Under the pieces are notes generated by a model. It had not been told where the DNA came from. It was given only the letters and a program-made list of their open reading frames with translations, and ran no database searches. This document shows, in pieces, positions 36,201 through 46,340 of a stretch of 64,000 nt of DNA. Origin of the DNA: Gemmatimonadales bacterium (lineage in GTDB: Bacteria; Gemmatimonadota; Gemmatimonadetes; Gemmatimonadales; GWC2-71-9); contig JBGSKF010000241.1 of NCBI GenBank assembly GCA_041741375.1, positions 1,878 to 65,877 on the forward strand, given 5' to 3'. How positions within the stretch are numbered: position 1 is the first letter of the stretch; each line of letters begins with the position of its first letter. A program made the translations under genes and the position numbers.

Positions 36201-36266
36201 GCCAAGGAGGAACAGACAACACCAGAACCCTGCACGAACCGGCTGCCACCGCGAAGACGTGCGCAT
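33228..36266 (-). CDS. TonB-dependent receptor with an N-terminal carboxypeptidase-regulatory-like domain
   Basis: ORF 33228..36560. Start at ATG 36266 (MRTSSRWQPVRAGFWCCLFLLGS signal). TGVIRGIVSDSAGNPLPGAQVVLRN (CarboxypepD_reg), a plug, and a long beta-barrel ending AQLGLRYIF. Confidence 0.85.
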   Translation of the reverse strand: MRTSSRWQPVRAGFWCCLFLLGSVVPTRLMAQSQATTGVIRGIVSDSAGNPLPGAQVVLRNLETNAERTVTTNSRGIFVGSLLRVGGYTATARLVGYQATRREGLTLRLGEVLQVDFRLVPVTVQLADLTVAVSEPVVDPTRVASATRLEPQVVAGLPNNGRNFLNLTLLTPNVGIVQGPDGDELTIGGQRGIHNNVSVDGADFNNPFFGEQRGGQRPAFTFNLDAIQEIVVVSQGANAEFGRSGGGFVNVITKSGTNEFRGTAHYFGKYDGLSKDFSTENPNFRGFEPDFTQHQFGLTFGGPIVRDRAFFFVAYDQQEFNSTKQQDRISLIDPALRAFTDTAFGGALQGDFGAIKRTNDANALMAKVDVRLDDRNNASLKYNYTNSRQENGTFDVDLWGRSANGLERDFSHAINGSLNSVLSSTVFNEFRFQWAREERPRPYDGPVNPRTGRPFPDTDISFTGFRIGMPFFLPVEAHDTRFQVLNNISVVEGNHLFKFGAEWNRTNVKQTFVGFGNGRMAFSSVDGFLNFVRLGNGYVECSNGSSSTTGSCPAGTEITGPVVLYLQQAGVGGLTVEQSGTQSITQNELALFLQDSWKPHPNVTIDYGVRWEAQIQPDPITPAEDVFFAPFIGQTVSNQQGTFAFPSDGGIPSDYSMFQPRFGIAWDVNGDSRQVLRASAGLYYARTPGLNLASTRSTNGSIGQTIFRNSALTGILGAPPNYGELLPTPTGAPFQPGVFVFDKDFENPRTFSATVAYEREVGGGVAASLSYTHARTDNLTRFIDRNDPVFGSPWATGLPGGNGVGVLTVVESSARSRYNGFTAGLKQMLHRDFQFQVNYTVSFDKSDDDNERDPFSFRYARADNLGPEFNWSDRDQRHRLNAWLLARIPGDIFLNNRMSFSSAQPTSEKCVNNRPSGERAVGPQDRICTDGTILKRNTLRKDNATFAWDIRISRPFRSAGGTIEAVFEVFNITNADNFKDPSSQGLFLNFDGTVRSGLGEPRQAQLGLRYIF

Positions 36267-36478
36267 GCGTCGCTCCTGGAACGGGTGAAGGGATCCTGCC
36301 GGTCTATCGGATGAAGGACAAAGAGTATCGGACAGCCGACAGAACCGCAATGAGTCAGGATCGACGGCCTCCCGGGCTCCGCACCCGCGCGGTGGAGAAT
36401 CGGGCGGCATCCGATTAAACTGCATTACGTTTTGGCGGCATCCTGCGGGAGGCGACAACTTCATGACGTGGACATGAC

Positions 36479-37411
36479 ATGCTGAACAAGGTGACGGTGG
36501 TCGGTGCGGGCAACGTCGGGGCCACGGCCGCGCAGCGGGTGGCCGAAAAGCACCTGGCACGCGAGGTGATCCTGGTGGACGTTGTGGAGGGGATCCCCCA
36601 GGGCAAGGCGCTGGACCAGTGGCAGTCGGCTCCGGTCGAGGGGTTCGACGCCCGGGTCTACGGCAGCAATGACTACGAAATCGCGCGGGGGTCGGAGGTC
36701 TTCATCGTCACCGCGGGCATCGCCCGGAAGCCGGGGATGAGCCGGGATGACCTGGTCAAGACCAACGCGGGGATCGTGCGCTCGGTGTCCGAGCAGATCC
36801 GTCGTGTGGCCCCCGAGTCGATCATCATCGTCGTCTCGAACCCGCTTGATGCCATGTGCTATGTGGCCCGAACCGCCTCGGGATTTCCCCGCGAACGGGT
36901 GATCGGCATGGCTGGCGTGCTCGACACCGCCCGGTACCGGATGTTCCTGGCGGAGGCGATGCAGGTTTCCGTGGAGGATATCCAGGCCATGGTGCTCGGA
37001 GGCCATGGAGACACGATGGTGCCGCTGGTGTCCTATACCACGGTGAGTGGCATCCCGGTCTCCCAGCTGCTCAGCCCCGACGCGCTCGAGGCCATCGTCG
37101 CCCGCACCCGAAACGGCGGGGCGGAGATCGTGGGGCACTTGAAGACGGGCTCGGCCTACTACGCTCCCAGCGCCGCCGCTGTCCAGATGCTGGAGGCCAT
37201 CGCGCTCGACAAGAAGCGCATCCTGCCGGCCTCGGCCTGGCTGCAGGGGGAGTACGGCCTCCGGGATGTGTATTGCGGGGTGCCGGTCAAGCTCGGTCGC
37301 GCCGGCATCGAGGCGGTTCTGGAGGTGACCCTGACAGAGGATGAACGCCGGGATCTGCACGCCTCCGCCGAAGCGGTTCGGAGTGTCCAGCAGGTCATCG
37401 ACAACGGCTGA
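36479..37411 (+). CDS. mdh: Malate dehydrogenase (LDH-like type)
   Basis: Motifs: [38 protein letters not shown]. Confidence 0.9.
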   Translation: MLNKVTVVGAGNVGATAAQRVAEKHLAREVILVDVVEGIPQGKALDQWQSAPVEGFDARVYGSNDYEIARGSEVFIVTAGIARKPGMSRDDLVKTNAGIVRSVSEQIRRVAPESIIIVVSNPLDAMCYVARTASGFPRERVIGMAGVLDTARYRMFLAEAMQVSVEDIQAMVLGGHGDTMVPLVSYTTVSGIPVSQLLSPDALEAIVARTRNGGAEIVGHLKTGSAYYAPSAAAVQMLEAIALDKKRILPASAWLQGEYGLRDVYCGVPVKLGRAGIEAVLEVTLTEDERRDLHASAEAVRSVQQVIDNG

Positions 37412-37424
37412 CGCCGGAGATATC

Positions 37425-38081
37425 ATGCATTGGATTGGTCGGTTCTACGGCTCCACGATTGGCAAGAAGATCGTGATGGCCGTGACCGGAATCATCTTCA
37501 CCGGGTTCGTAGTGGGGCATGTCGCAGGGAATCTCCTCGTCTACAAGAGTCCTGAGGCCCTGAACGCGTATGCCGCCTTCCTCAAGAGTTCGGCTGTGGT
37601 GCTCTGGGGCGTCCGCCTGACGCTCCTGGCCTCGGTTCTCCTCCATGCCCACGCCGCATGGTCGCTCACCCGGCTCGCGCGGGCGGCCCGGTCCACGTCC
37701 TATGATCGGCTGGCCCACCGGGCCGGCACCTGGTCGGGATACACGATGCGCTGGGGGGGAGTGCTGCTTCTGGTCTTCATCGTCTATCACCTGCTCCACT
37801 TCACCGTGGGCTCGGTCCACCCCGCCTTCAGCCACACCGACGTGTATGCCAACGTGATCATCGGATTCCAGGTGCCGTGGGTGGCCGCCTTTTATCTCGT
37901 GGCGATGGTGGCCCTCGCCCTGCATCTCCATCACGGGGTGTGGAGCCTCTTCCAGACGCTGGGGATCAACCATCCCCACCTCAACATGGCGCGGCGCGGT
38001 CTCGCCACCCTGCTGGCGGTCCTCGTGCCCATCGGCTTCATGGCCATCGTGGTGGGCGTTCTCTTCCGCGTCGTGCAGTAG
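37425..38081 (+). CDS. sdhC: Succinate dehydrogenase cytochrome b558 subunit
   Basis: Internal ATG at 37425 of ORF 37341..38081. Five TM helices with conserved His residues ([31 protein letters not shown]). Confidence 0.8.
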   Translation: MHWIGRFYGSTIGKKIVMAVTGIIFTGFVVGHVAGNLLVYKSPEALNAYAAFLKSSAVVLWGVRLTLLASVLLHAHAAWSLTRLARAARSTSYDRLAHRAGTWSGYTMRWGGVLLLVFIVYHLLHFTVGSVHPAFSHTDVYANVIIGFQVPWVAAFYLVAMVALALHLHHGVWSLFQTLGINHPHLNMARRGLATLLAVLVPIGFMAIVVGVLFRVVQ

Positions 38082-38089
38082 GAGCGCAG

Positions 38090-40003
38090 ATGACACTCGA
38101 TCCGAAGGTTCCCGGTGGCCCCCTCGCCGACAAGTGGACCCGGCACAAGTTCGACCTGAAACTGGTCAACCCCTCCAACAAGCGGAAACACACCCTGCTG
38201 GTGGTGGGCAGCGGTCTGGCGGGTGCCTCCGCGGCCGCCACCCTCGGCGAACTCGGGTACCGGGTGGAGTGCTACTGTTTCCAGGACTCGCCCCGGCGGG
38301 CCCACTCCATCGCCGCGCAGGGGGGGATCAACGCGGCCAAGAACTACCAGAACGATGGAGACAGCGTTCACCGCCTCTTCTACGACACGGTGAAGGGGGG
38401 AGACTTCCGGTCGCGCGAGGCCAACGTGCACCGGCTGGCCGAGATCAGCGTCAATATCATCGACCAGTGCGCGGCCCAGGGCGTCCCCTTCGCCCGGGAG
38501 TATGGCGGCCTGCTGTCGAATCGCAGCTTCGGCGGCGCCCAGGTGTCCCGGACCTTCTACGCCCGGGGCCAGACGGGGCAGCAGCTCCTGCTGGGCGCCT
38601 ACAGCGCCTTGGAGCGGCAGATCGCGCGGGGCAGCGTGACCATGCATCCCCGCACCGAGATGCTCGACCTCATCGTGGTCGACGGCCATGCCCGGGGCAT
38701 CGTGGTGCGGGACCTGGTGACCGGGGAAATCAGTTCCCATCTCGGCGATGCCGTGATTCTGGCGACCGGCGGCTACGCCAACGTCTTCTACCTCTCGACC
38801 AACGCCAAGGGCTGCAACGTCACCGCGGGCTACAGGGCCCACCGCCGGGGGGCGGCGTTTGCCAACCCATGCTATACCCAGATCCACCCCACCTGCATTC
38901 CGGTGAGTGGGGACTACCAGTCCAAGCTCACGCTCATGAGCGAGTCGCTGCGGAACGACGGACGCGTCTGGGTGCCCCGGACCCAGGGGGACACCCGCCG
39001 GCCCGGCGAGATCCCCGACGCCGAGCGCGACTATTACCTGGAGCGGAAGTATCCCAGCTTCGGCAATCTCGCACCGCGGGACATCTCCTCGCGCAGTGCC
39101 AAGGAGGTCTGTGACGAGGGGCGGGGCATCGGGGAGACGGGCCTGGGTGTCTATCTCGACTTCGCGGACAGCATCCGCCGGCTGGGCGAGGACACGATCC
39201 GGGAACGGTACGGAAACCTCTTCGAGATGTACGAACGAATCACCGGCGACGATCCGTACCGCGTGCCCATGCGGATCTATCCCGCCGCCCATTACGCCAT
39301 GGGCGGACTCTGGGTGGACTACAACCTCATGAGCACCATCCCCGGCCTCCATGTGCTGGGCGAGGCCAATTTCTCGGATCATGGGGCCAACCGTCTCGGC
39401 GCGAGCGCCCTGATGCAGGGACTGGGCGACGGATATTTTGTCATTCCCGCCACCATCTCCGACTACCTCGCCACCACGCGCCCCGCGCCCGTCCCACGGG
39501 ACCATCCCGACGTGCGAGCCACCGAGGCCGCCGCGCGCGCGCGGATCACCCGGCTGCTCGGCATCGGGGGTCGCCGGTCGGTGGATTCGTTCCACCGGGA
39601 ATTGGGAAAGATCATGTGGGACCACTGCGGCATGGCCCGGAATGCGAGCGGACTCACCCGCGCGCTGGAGCTGATTCCCGCGCTCCGGGAGGAGTTCTGG
39701 GCCGACCTCCGGCTGCCCGGATCCGGGGATGCCCTGAACCAGTCGCTGGAAAAGGCGGGCCGGGTGGCGGACTTCCTGGAGTTCGCCGAGCTCATGTGCA
39801 TCGACGCGCTGCACCGGGAAGAGTCGTGCGGCGGTCACTTCCGGGAGGAGCACCAGACGCCCGATGGGGAGGCGAAGCGGAACGACGATGATTTCGCCTA
39901 TGTCGCCGCCTGGGAGACCCCCGGCGACGGCCGTCCTCCGATCCTCCACAAGGAACCACTCGTCTTCGAGAACATTCACCTCGCCACCCGGAGCTACAAG
40001 TGA
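38090..40003 (+). CDS. sdhA: Succinate dehydrogenase / fumarate reductase flavoprotein subunit
   Basis: Internal ATG at 38090 of ORF 37877..40003. [12 protein letters not shown] (FAD-binding), [11 protein letters not shown] (His for covalent FAD), [10 protein letters not shown]. Confidence 0.95.
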   Translation: MTLDPKVPGGPLADKWTRHKFDLKLVNPSNKRKHTLLVVGSGLAGASAAATLGELGYRVECYCFQDSPRRAHSIAAQGGINAAKNYQNDGDSVHRLFYDTVKGGDFRSREANVHRLAEISVNIIDQCAAQGVPFAREYGGLLSNRSFGGAQVSRTFYARGQTGQQLLLGAYSALERQIARGSVTMHPRTEMLDLIVVDGHARGIVVRDLVTGEISSHLGDAVILATGGYANVFYLSTNAKGCNVTAGYRAHRRGAAFANPCYTQIHPTCIPVSGDYQSKLTLMSESLRNDGRVWVPRTQGDTRRPGEIPDAERDYYLERKYPSFGNLAPRDISSRSAKEVCDEGRGIGETGLGVYLDFADSIRRLGEDTIRERYGNLFEMYERITGDDPYRVPMRIYPAAHYAMGGLWVDYNLMSTIPGLHVLGEANFSDHGANRLGASALMQGLGDGYFVIPATISDYLATTRPAPVPRDHPDVRATEAAARARITRLLGIGGRRSVDSFHRELGKIMWDHCGMARNASGLTRALELIPALREEFWADLRLPGSGDALNQSLEKAGRVADFLEFAELMCIDALHREESCGGHFREEHQTPDGEAKRNDDDFAYVAAWETPGDGRPPILHKEPLVFENIHLATRSYK

Positions 40004-40761
40004 ACCTCACCCTGCGCATCTGGCGCCAGGCCGGCCCCTCGGTTCCGGGACGGCTCGAGACGGTGCAGGCCACCGACGTCAATCCGGAGATGTCGTTTCT
40101 GGAAATGCTCGACGTGGTGAACGAGGATCTGATTGCGAGGGGCGCCGAGCCGGTCGCCTTCGATCATGACTGCCGTGAGGGGATCTGCGGGGCATGCAGC
40201 ATGACGATCAATGGCGTGCCGCACGGCCCGAACCGGGCCACCACGACCTGCCAGCTTCACATGCGGTTCTTCCGCGACGGCGACACGATCACCATCGAGC
40301 CGTTTCGGGCCACTGCCTTTCCCGTGCTCCGGGATCTCATCGTCGACCGGTCGGGCCTGGACCGGATCATCGCGGCCGGGGGGTATATCAGCGCGAGCAC
40401 CGGAAGTGCTCCGGACGCCAACGCCATCCTGATTCCCAAGGAGGCTGCCGACCGTGCCATGGACGCGGCGCAGTGCATCGGGTGCGGCGCCTGCGTCGCG
40501 GCGTGTCCGAACGCCTCGGCGATGCTCTTCACCGGAGCCAAGGTGATGCACTTCGGCCTCCTCCCCCAGGGCCAGCCGGAACGGCACCGGCGGGTGGTGG
40601 CCATGGTGCACATGATGGACGAGGCGGGGTTCGGAGGATGCACCAACTTCGGGGAGTGTCACGAAGCCTGCCCGAAGGAGATTCCCCTGGAGGCGATCGC
40701 GCGGCTGAATGCCGATTTCTTTCGGGCCAGATTGGTGTCGCGGGACGGCGAAGCGGCCTGA
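40000..40761 (+). CDS. sdhB: Succinate dehydrogenase iron-sulfur subunit
   Basis: [11 protein letters not shown] (2Fe-2S), [12 protein letters not shown] and [12 protein letters not shown] clusters. GTGA overlap with sdhA. Confidence 0.95.
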   Translation: MNLTLRIWRQAGPSVPGRLETVQATDVNPEMSFLEMLDVVNEDLIARGAEPVAFDHDCREGICGACSMTINGVPHGPNRATTTCQLHMRFFRDGDTITIEPFRATAFPVLRDLIVDRSGLDRIIAAGGYISASTGSAPDANAILIPKEAADRAMDAAQCIGCGACVAACPNASAMLFTGAKVMHFGLLPQGQPERHRRVVAMVHMMDEAGFGGCTNFGECHEACPKEIPLEAIARLNADFFRARLVSRDGEAA

Positions 40762-40893
40762 GGAAGTTGGAAATCTGAAGTTTGAAGGAGGCCTGCCCCT
40801 CCCCGGATTGAACCGTCCCGATCTCGCTCCCGCGACATCGGCCCGAACTTACGACAGACTTCACACTTCGAATTTCACACTTCGAACTTCGTA
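40762..40893. repeat. ORF-less inverted heptamer-array cassette C (GAAGTTN arm, core, ACTTCNN arm)
   Basis: Left arm: GGAAGTT GGAAATC TGAAGTT TGAAGGA (40762-40789). Core: GCCTGCCCCTCCCCGGATTGAACCGTCCCGAT... Right arm: ACTTCAC ACTTCGA ATTTCAC ACTTCGA ACTTCGT (40858-40892). It fills the whole sdhB/dcd convergent gap. Confidence 0.85.
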
Positions 40894-41472
40894 CTACATC
40901 CGGGGAAGCGTCACTCCCCGTTGGGCCTGGTACTTGCCGGCCTTGTCCCGGTAGCTCACTTGACACTCATCATCGGCATCGGCCTCGAAGAAGAGGACCT
41001 GACAGATCCCCTCGTTGGCGTAGACCCGGGCGGGGAGGGGAGTGGTGTTGCTGATCTCCAGGGTGACGTGCCCCTCCCACTCGGGCTCGAACGGGGTGAC
41101 GTTGGTGATGATCCCGCAGCGCGCATAGGTCGACTTTCCGACGCAGATGGTCAGGACGTTCCGCGGAATCCGGAAGTACTCGACCGACCGTGCCAGGGCA
41201 AATGAGTTCGGGGGAACGAGGCAGATCTCCCCTTCGTACTCGACGAAGCTCCGGGCATCGAAGTTCTTCGGATCCACAATCGCCGAGAGCGCATTGGTGA
41301 AGATGCGGAACTCGGGGGCGACCCGCATGTCGTACCCATACGACGACACGCCGTAGGAGATCACGCGATCTCCGTCCGCCGCGGGCTTCCGAATCTGGCC
41401 GTCGACGAAGGGTTCGATCATGCCATGCTCGCGTGCCATGCGGCGGATCCAACGGTCGGACTTGATGGACAT
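40894..41472 (-). CDS. dcd: dCTP deaminase
   Basis: C-terminal 192 codons of ORF 40894..41994, from ATG 41472. [41 protein letters not shown]. Confidence 0.9.
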   Translation of the reverse strand: MSIKSDRWIRRMAREHGMIEPFVDGQIRKPAADGDRVISYGVSSYGYDMRVAPEFRIFTNALSAIVDPKNFDARSFVEYEGEICLVPPNSFALARSVEYFRIPRNVLTICVGKSTYARCGIITNVTPFEPEWEGHVTLEISNTTPLPARVYANEGICQVLFFEADADDECQVSYRDKAGKYQAQRGVTLPRM

Positions 41473-41559
41473 CGGGTGGGTCCGGGGTGAGAGGGAGGGG
41501 AGGGGAAAGGTCCTCTCGGTAAATATAGCCGGAACCGCAAGTTGCGGACGATGCGCGGC

Positions 41560-41588
41560 TTGAACTGCGTTACGGAACGGTATAGATT
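41560..41588 (+). promoter_or_regulatory. Candidate promoter of the nuo operon
   Basis: TTGAAC (41560-41565), a 17-nt spacer, then TAGATT (41583-41588). This lies 50 nt upstream of the nuoA ATG. Confidence 0.35.
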
Positions 41589-41637
41589 CGGGCTTCGTCC
41601 CTGAGGTCACGGTTCCTGCCACCGGGGTTCGGTTCCA

Positions 41638-42003
41638 ATGTTGCAGCCATATGTGCCAGTTCTGGTGCTCATCGGGTTCGTGGTCGTCAATGCGATCGGG
41701 ATGCTGGTCCTGTCGCATGTGCTGTCCAGCTACCGGCGCAGTGCCGTCAAGCTGGCGCCGTATGAGTCGGGTGTCCCCGTCCTCGGCGATGCCCGGGAGC
41801 GGTTCTCGGTGAAGTTCTATCTCGTGGCGATGCTCTTCATCATCTTCGACATTGAAACCGTCTTCATGATTCCCTGGGCCGTCGCGGTGCGGCAGCTGAG
41901 CGATCTCGCGGGACTCCTCCTCATCGAAATGTTCGTGTTCGTCGCCATTCTCGCGGTCGGATACGTGTACATCTGGAAGCGTGGAGCGTTGCAATGGGAT
42001 TGA
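41638..42003 (+). CDS. nuoA: NADH-quinone oxidoreductase subunit A
   Basis: 121 aa, 3 TM. Motifs: [22 protein letters not shown]. Confidence 0.9.
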   Translation: MLQPYVPVLVLIGFVVVNAIGMLVLSHVLSSYRRSAVKLAPYESGVPVLGDARERFSVKFYLVAMLFIIFDIETVFMIPWAVAVRQLSDLAGLLLIEMFVFVAILAVGYVYIWKRGALQWD

Positions 42004-42632
42004 CCCCCACGACGGAAGCCACCGATCTGCCCGACATCCCTCCGGAGGCGTCGGCCAACTTTCTCACGACCCGGCTCGATGCGCTGGGAAGCTGGGTCAC
42101 GAACTGGGCCCGGTCCAACTCCCTCTGGCCGATGCCGTTCGGGACCGCCTGCTGCGCCATCGAGTTCATGGCGTCGGCCGCCAGCCGGTACGATCTGAGC
42201 CGGTTCGGCATGGAACGGATGAGTTTCTCGCCGCGCCAGGCCGACGTCCTCATCTGCGCCGGACGGCTCCCCTTCAAGCTGGCGCCGATCATCCGGCGGG
42301 TCTGGGATCAGATGCCCCAGCCCAAGTGGTCGATCTCGATGGGCGCGTGCGCATCGACCGGGGGGATCTTCGACACCTATGCGATGGTGCAGGGGATCGA
42401 CACCATCATCCCGGTGGATGTGTACGTCCCCGGGTGCCCTCCCCGACCCGAGGGCCTGATTTACGGCATCATGCTGCTTCAGAAAAAGATCCGCGGGGAA
42501 CGGCTCTCCGACACCTCCCTGCGGGTGGAGCATCTCACCGACCCGGAAACCGGGCTCTTCCTCCCGCCGGAGAGGGTGGACGAGCTGTCGGAACCGTTCG
42601 GGAACTCCATCCACCAGACCCGCAGCGCATGA
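41994..42632 (+). CDS. nuoB: NADH-quinone oxidoreductase subunit B
   Basis: Motifs: [30 protein letters not shown]. Confidence 0.95.
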   Translation: MGLTPTTEATDLPDIPPEASANFLTTRLDALGSWVTNWARSNSLWPMPFGTACCAIEFMASAASRYDLSRFGMERMSFSPRQADVLICAGRLPFKLAPIIRRVWDQMPQPKWSISMGACASTGGIFDTYAMVQGIDTIIPVDVYVPGCPPRPEGLIYGIMLLQKKIRGERLSDTSLRVEHLTDPETGLFLPPERVDELSEPFGNSIHQTRSA

Positions 42633-43255
42633 GCGCCGCCCCGCTCTCGCCCTCCGTGGCGACACTCCGGACCATGTTCGGGGACGCCATCGGTCGCAGT
42701 GTCGTCTCCTGCGGTGACACCATCATCTACCTGGATCGGGACCGGGCTCACGAGATCCTGGCCTGGCTCCGGGAGACCCCCGGAGAAGAGTTCGACTTTC
42801 TCACCGACATCACGGCGGTGGAGTACCGGGACCCCGAGCGCCCCCTCGAAGTCGTCTACCAGCTCCGGTCTCTGACTCGACGGGCCGACCTGCGCGTCAA
42901 GATCGCCCTCCCCGCCGACAGCCCCGATCTCGAAGTGGACTCGGTGACCGACATCTGGCGCGGGGCCAACTGGCTGGAGCGGGAGGTCTATGACATGTTC
43001 GGGATCCGATTCGCCGGGCACCCCGACCCGCGCCGCATTCTGATGTGGGAGACCTACGCCGAGGGCCATCCACTGCGAAAGGCCTTTCCGTTGCGGGGAC
43101 GGTTCTCCCGGTCCGAGCAGGTCCGGCAGGCGCTCGCGGCCGAACCGGAGGCGCATTATTCCCACGAGGAACTCTCCCTGGCGGCCGCCGCTCGTGAGCT
43201 CCCCGAGGATATGCGGCAACGGTTGTCCGAGGGAAGCAAGGGAGAAGTCCGATGA
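42629..43255 (+). CDS. nuoC: NADH-quinone oxidoreductase subunit C
   Basis: ATG at 42629 inside ORF 41981..43255. Motifs: [34 protein letters not shown]. Confidence 0.9.
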   Translation: MSAAPLSPSVATLRTMFGDAIGRSVVSCGDTIIYLDRDRAHEILAWLRETPGEEFDFLTDITAVEYRDPERPLEVVYQLRSLTRRADLRVKIALPADSPDLEVDSVTDIWRGANWLEREVYDMFGIRFAGHPDPRRILMWETYAEGHPLRKAFPLRGRFSRSEQVRQALAAEPEAHYSHEELSLAAAARELPEDMRQRLSEGSKGEVR

Positions 43256-44523
43256 CCACCCGGACCGTGGAACTGGCCCTGGCCACCCCCGGCCTCGACG
43301 AACGGGGGCGGGCGGTGCGCCATCCCCTCGGCGTCAGTTCCACCGAGATCGAGCCCGGGGCGGAGCCGATGATCGTGAACATCGGACCGCAGCATCCGGC
43401 GACCCACGGCGTGCTCCGGCTGCTGGTCGAGCTCGACGGCGAGACGGTGCGGCGCGTCGTCCCCCACATCGGGTACCTCCATTCGGGCTTCGAGAAGCTC
43501 GGTGAGTACCGGCACTACAATCAGATCATCCCGCTGACCGACCGCACCGATTACCTCTCTCCGATGGCCAACAACGTGGGCTTCGCCCTGGCCGCGGAAA
43601 AGCTCATGGGCATCGAGATCACACCCCGGTGCCGGGTGCTCCGGGTCATCGCCTGCGAGATGAGCCGGATCATCAGCCACCTGGTCTGGCTCGGCACCAC
43701 GGGAATCGACCTGGGCGCGTTTACTCCGTTCCTCTGGTCGTTCCAGGAACGGGAACGCATCTACGACCTGCAGGAAGCGTGGACCGGCGCCCGCCTGACC
43801 ACCAGCCTGACGCGGGTCGGGGGAATGATGGCGGACGTCCCGGACGGATGGACGAACCGGCTGCGAACATTCTGCCGCACCTTCCCCGATACGCTCCGCG
43901 AGGTGGACACGATGTTCACCCGGAACGCCATCTGGATCGGACGCACCCGGGACGTGGGAGCGATCTCGGGGGAGGACGCCATCAACTGGTCCCTCACGGG
44001 GCCGATGCTGCGGGCCAGCGGAGTGGACTACGATGTGCGCAAAGATCGCCCGTATCTGGACTACGAGACGTACGATTTCGACGTGCCGATCGGGGAACAT
44101 GGGGACGTCTACGACCGGTACCGGGTGCGTCTGGAGGAGATGTTCCAGTCCACCCGGATCCTGGAACAGGCGCTCGACCGGCTGGAGCCGGGACCGATCA
44201 ATGTGGACGACCCCCGGGTGATTCTCCCCCCCAAGAGCCGCGCCATGAGCGACATGGAAGCGATGATCTTCCATTTCAAGCAGGTGATGGAGGGGGTGGC
44301 GGCGCCCGAAGGCGAGGCCTATTTCGGCGTCGAAAATCCGAAGGGGGAACTCGGGTACTACCTGGTGTCGGACGGCACCGCGAAGCCGGTGCGCTGGCGG
44401 ATCCGCCCCCCGTCCTTCATCAATCTGTCGGTGCTGCCAACCCTGTGTGAGGGAGTTCTGCTTTCCGACGTCATCGCTATCAACGCCAGTGTGGACATCG
44501 TGATGGGAGAGATCGACCGATGA
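43252..44523 (+). CDS. nuoD: NADH-quinone oxidoreductase subunit D
   Basis: Motifs: NIGPQHPATHGVLRL, GYLHSGFEKL, PPSFINL. Confidence 0.95.
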   Translation: MTTRTVELALATPGLDERGRAVRHPLGVSSTEIEPGAEPMIVNIGPQHPATHGVLRLLVELDGETVRRVVPHIGYLHSGFEKLGEYRHYNQIIPLTDRTDYLSPMANNVGFALAAEKLMGIEITPRCRVLRVIACEMSRIISHLVWLGTTGIDLGAFTPFLWSFQERERIYDLQEAWTGARLTTSLTRVGGMMADVPDGWTNRLRTFCRTFPDTLREVDTMFTRNAIWIGRTRDVGAISGEDAINWSLTGPMLRASGVDYDVRKDRPYLDYETYDFDVPIGEHGDVYDRYRVRLEEMFQSTRILEQALDRLEPGPINVDDPRVILPPKSRAMSDMEAMIFHFKQVMEGVAAPEGEAYFGVENPKGELGYYLVSDGTAKPVRWRIRPPSFINLSVLPTLCEGVLLSDVIAINASVDIVMGEIDR

Positions 44524-45029
44524 GTGCCGCGCACGCGACCGAGGCGGGAACCCACCCGCCCGTGTTCACCGGGGACACCCTCGCGCGCCTCGAGGCGCTC
44601 TACGACAGCTACCCGACCCGCCAGGCGTGCCTCCTGCCCGCCCTCTGGATGATCCAGGAGGCTCGCGGCTGGATCAGTCCCGAGGCTATCGCCGAGGTGG
44701 CCACGGTCCTCGGGCTCACTCCGGCCCACGTGCGCGGCGTGGTGACCTTCTACACGATGTATCATCAGCACCCCATGGGCCGCCACGTCATCCAGGTGTG
44801 CACCACGTCCCCCTGTCACCTGAACGGATCGGCCGACGTGGTGGGCGCTCTCCTGAAGGAGACCGGATGTGGCGAATTGGGCGCGACCAGCCCCGATGGA
44901 CGGTTCACCGTGGTCGAGGTCGAGTGCCTTGGTGCGTGCGGCTTTGCCACTCCGATGCTGATCGACGACGACTTCATCGAGAGCGTGACGCCGGAGCGGG
45001 TCGCCGGTCTTCTGCAGAGGTACGAATAA
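44520..45029 (+). CDS. nuoE: NADH-quinone oxidoreductase subunit E
   Basis: The 2Fe-2S pattern is present: CTTSPCHLNG...ECLGACG. Confidence 0.9.
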   Translation: MSAAHATEAGTHPPVFTGDTLARLEALYDSYPTRQACLLPALWMIQEARGWISPEAIAEVATVLGLTPAHVRGVVTFYTMYHQHPMGRHVIQVCTTSPCHLNGSADVVGALLKETGCGELGATSPDGRFTVVEVECLGACGFATPMLIDDDFIESVTPERVAGLLQRYE

Positions 45030-46336
45030 TGGGATTTCCCCATCCGATCCATCCCGGGGAAAACCCGGTTCTCTCGACGCATTTCGGTGACCCCGGAGCC
45101 CACTCTCACGCCGGCTGGGTCGAGCGCGGGGGATATACCGCGCTGCGCCAGGCCCTCGCCATGGCGCCCAGCGAGGTCGTGGAGGTGGTAAAGGCCTCGG
45201 GACTGCGAGGCCGGGGCGGAGCGGGGTTTCCGACCGGACTCAAGTGGTCGTTCATGCCGAAGGAGGACGGCCGCCCGCACTTCCTCGTCTGCAATGCGGA
45301 CGAATCGGAGCCGGGCACGTTCAAGGACCGCGAGATCATGCGCTGGACGCCCCACGCCCTGATCGAGGGGTGCGCCATCGCGAGTCATGCCATCGGCGCC
45401 GAGCGCTGCTACATCTACATCCGCGGCGAGTTCACCGAACCGTGGCGCATCATGACCGAGGCGGTGGAGGAGGCCTATGCCGCCGGGGTGCTGGGGGCCT
45501 CGGCGTTGGGGTCGGGCCGGCGGATCGACATCGTGCTGCATCGCGGGGCCGGGGCGTACATCTGTGGCGAAGAAACCGCCCTGATGAACAGCATCGAGGG
45601 CAAGCGCGGCAATCCCCGCATCAAGCCCCCATTTCCCGCCCAGGCGGGACTGTTCGGACTCCCCACGACCATCAACAACGTCGAGACCCTGGCCGCCGTC
45701 CCTCATATCCTGACCCGCGGGGCCGACTGGTATCGGGGTCTGTCGCTCGGCAACTCCAAGAGTACCGGGACCAAGCTGATTTCGGTCTGCGGTCATGTCA
45801 TGCGCCAGGGGAACTACGAGATCACGCTGGGCACCCCGATGCGGGATCTCATCTTCGACATGTGCGGCGGCATGCGTCCCGGACGCACCCTGAAGGCCGT
45901 GATTCCCGGAGGCTCCTCGGTGCCGATCCTGAACGCCACGGAGGTCGAGGGCTGCGTGACCGACTACGAGGGTGTCGTGGCGGCGGGATCGATGCTCGGC
46001 TCGGGGGGAATGATCGTCATGGACGACTCCACCGACATCGTCTACGAGATCTACCGGCTCACCCGGTTCTATGCCCATGAGTCGTGTGCCCAGTGCACGC
46101 AGTGCCGAGAGGGGACCGGGTGGACGGTCCGCATTCTCGAACGGATTCTCCGGGGCGAGGGAAAAGCCAGCGACCTGGATCTGCTGCTCGACCTCGCGGA
46201 GAACATGACCGGCAAGACCATCTGCGTCCTGAGCGATTCCTGCGCCGCACCGGTGGTCAGCGGCATTCAGAAGTTTCGCGCCGATTTTGAGGCCTACCTG
46301 ACGGCCGGGCGCCCCCACGCGCTCGCCGGAGTGTGA
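45029..46336 (+). CDS. nuoF: NADH-quinone oxidoreductase subunit F
   Basis: ATG at 45029 inside ORF 44627..46336. Motifs: GLRGRGGAGFPTG, CNADESEPGTFKDR, ESCAQCTQCREG. Confidence 0.95.
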   Translation: MGFPHPIHPGENPVLSTHFGDPGAHSHAGWVERGGYTALRQALAMAPSEVVEVVKASGLRGRGGAGFPTGLKWSFMPKEDGRPHFLVCNADESEPGTFKDREIMRWTPHALIEGCAIASHAIGAERCYIYIRGEFTEPWRIMTEAVEEAYAAGVLGASALGSGRRIDIVLHRGAGAYICGEETALMNSIEGKRGNPRIKPPFPAQAGLFGLPTTINNVETLAAVPHILTRGADWYRGLSLGNSKSTGTKLISVCGHVMRQGNYEITLGTPMRDLIFDMCGGMRPGRTLKAVIPGGSSVPILNATEVEGCVTDYEGVVAAGSMLGSGGMIVMDDSTDIVYEIYRLTRFYAHESCAQCTQCREGTGWTVRILERILRGEGKASDLDLLLDLAENMTGKTICVLSDSCAAPVVSGIQKFRADFEAYLTAGRPHALAGV

Positions 46337-46340
46337 ACCG

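Noticed and set aside
41981-43255. A single 424-aa ORF spanning nuoB and nuoC. The N-terminally extended ORFs 44627..46336, 37877..40003, 31252..32517, 30498..31040, 40894..41994 and 33228..36560 are similar cases.
   Set aside because: The upstream parts are out-of-frame read-through of the preceding gene, or of intergenic DNA, and are Arg/Pro/Gly-rich. Family-consistent N-termini begin at internal ATGs that overlap the upstream stop codons.
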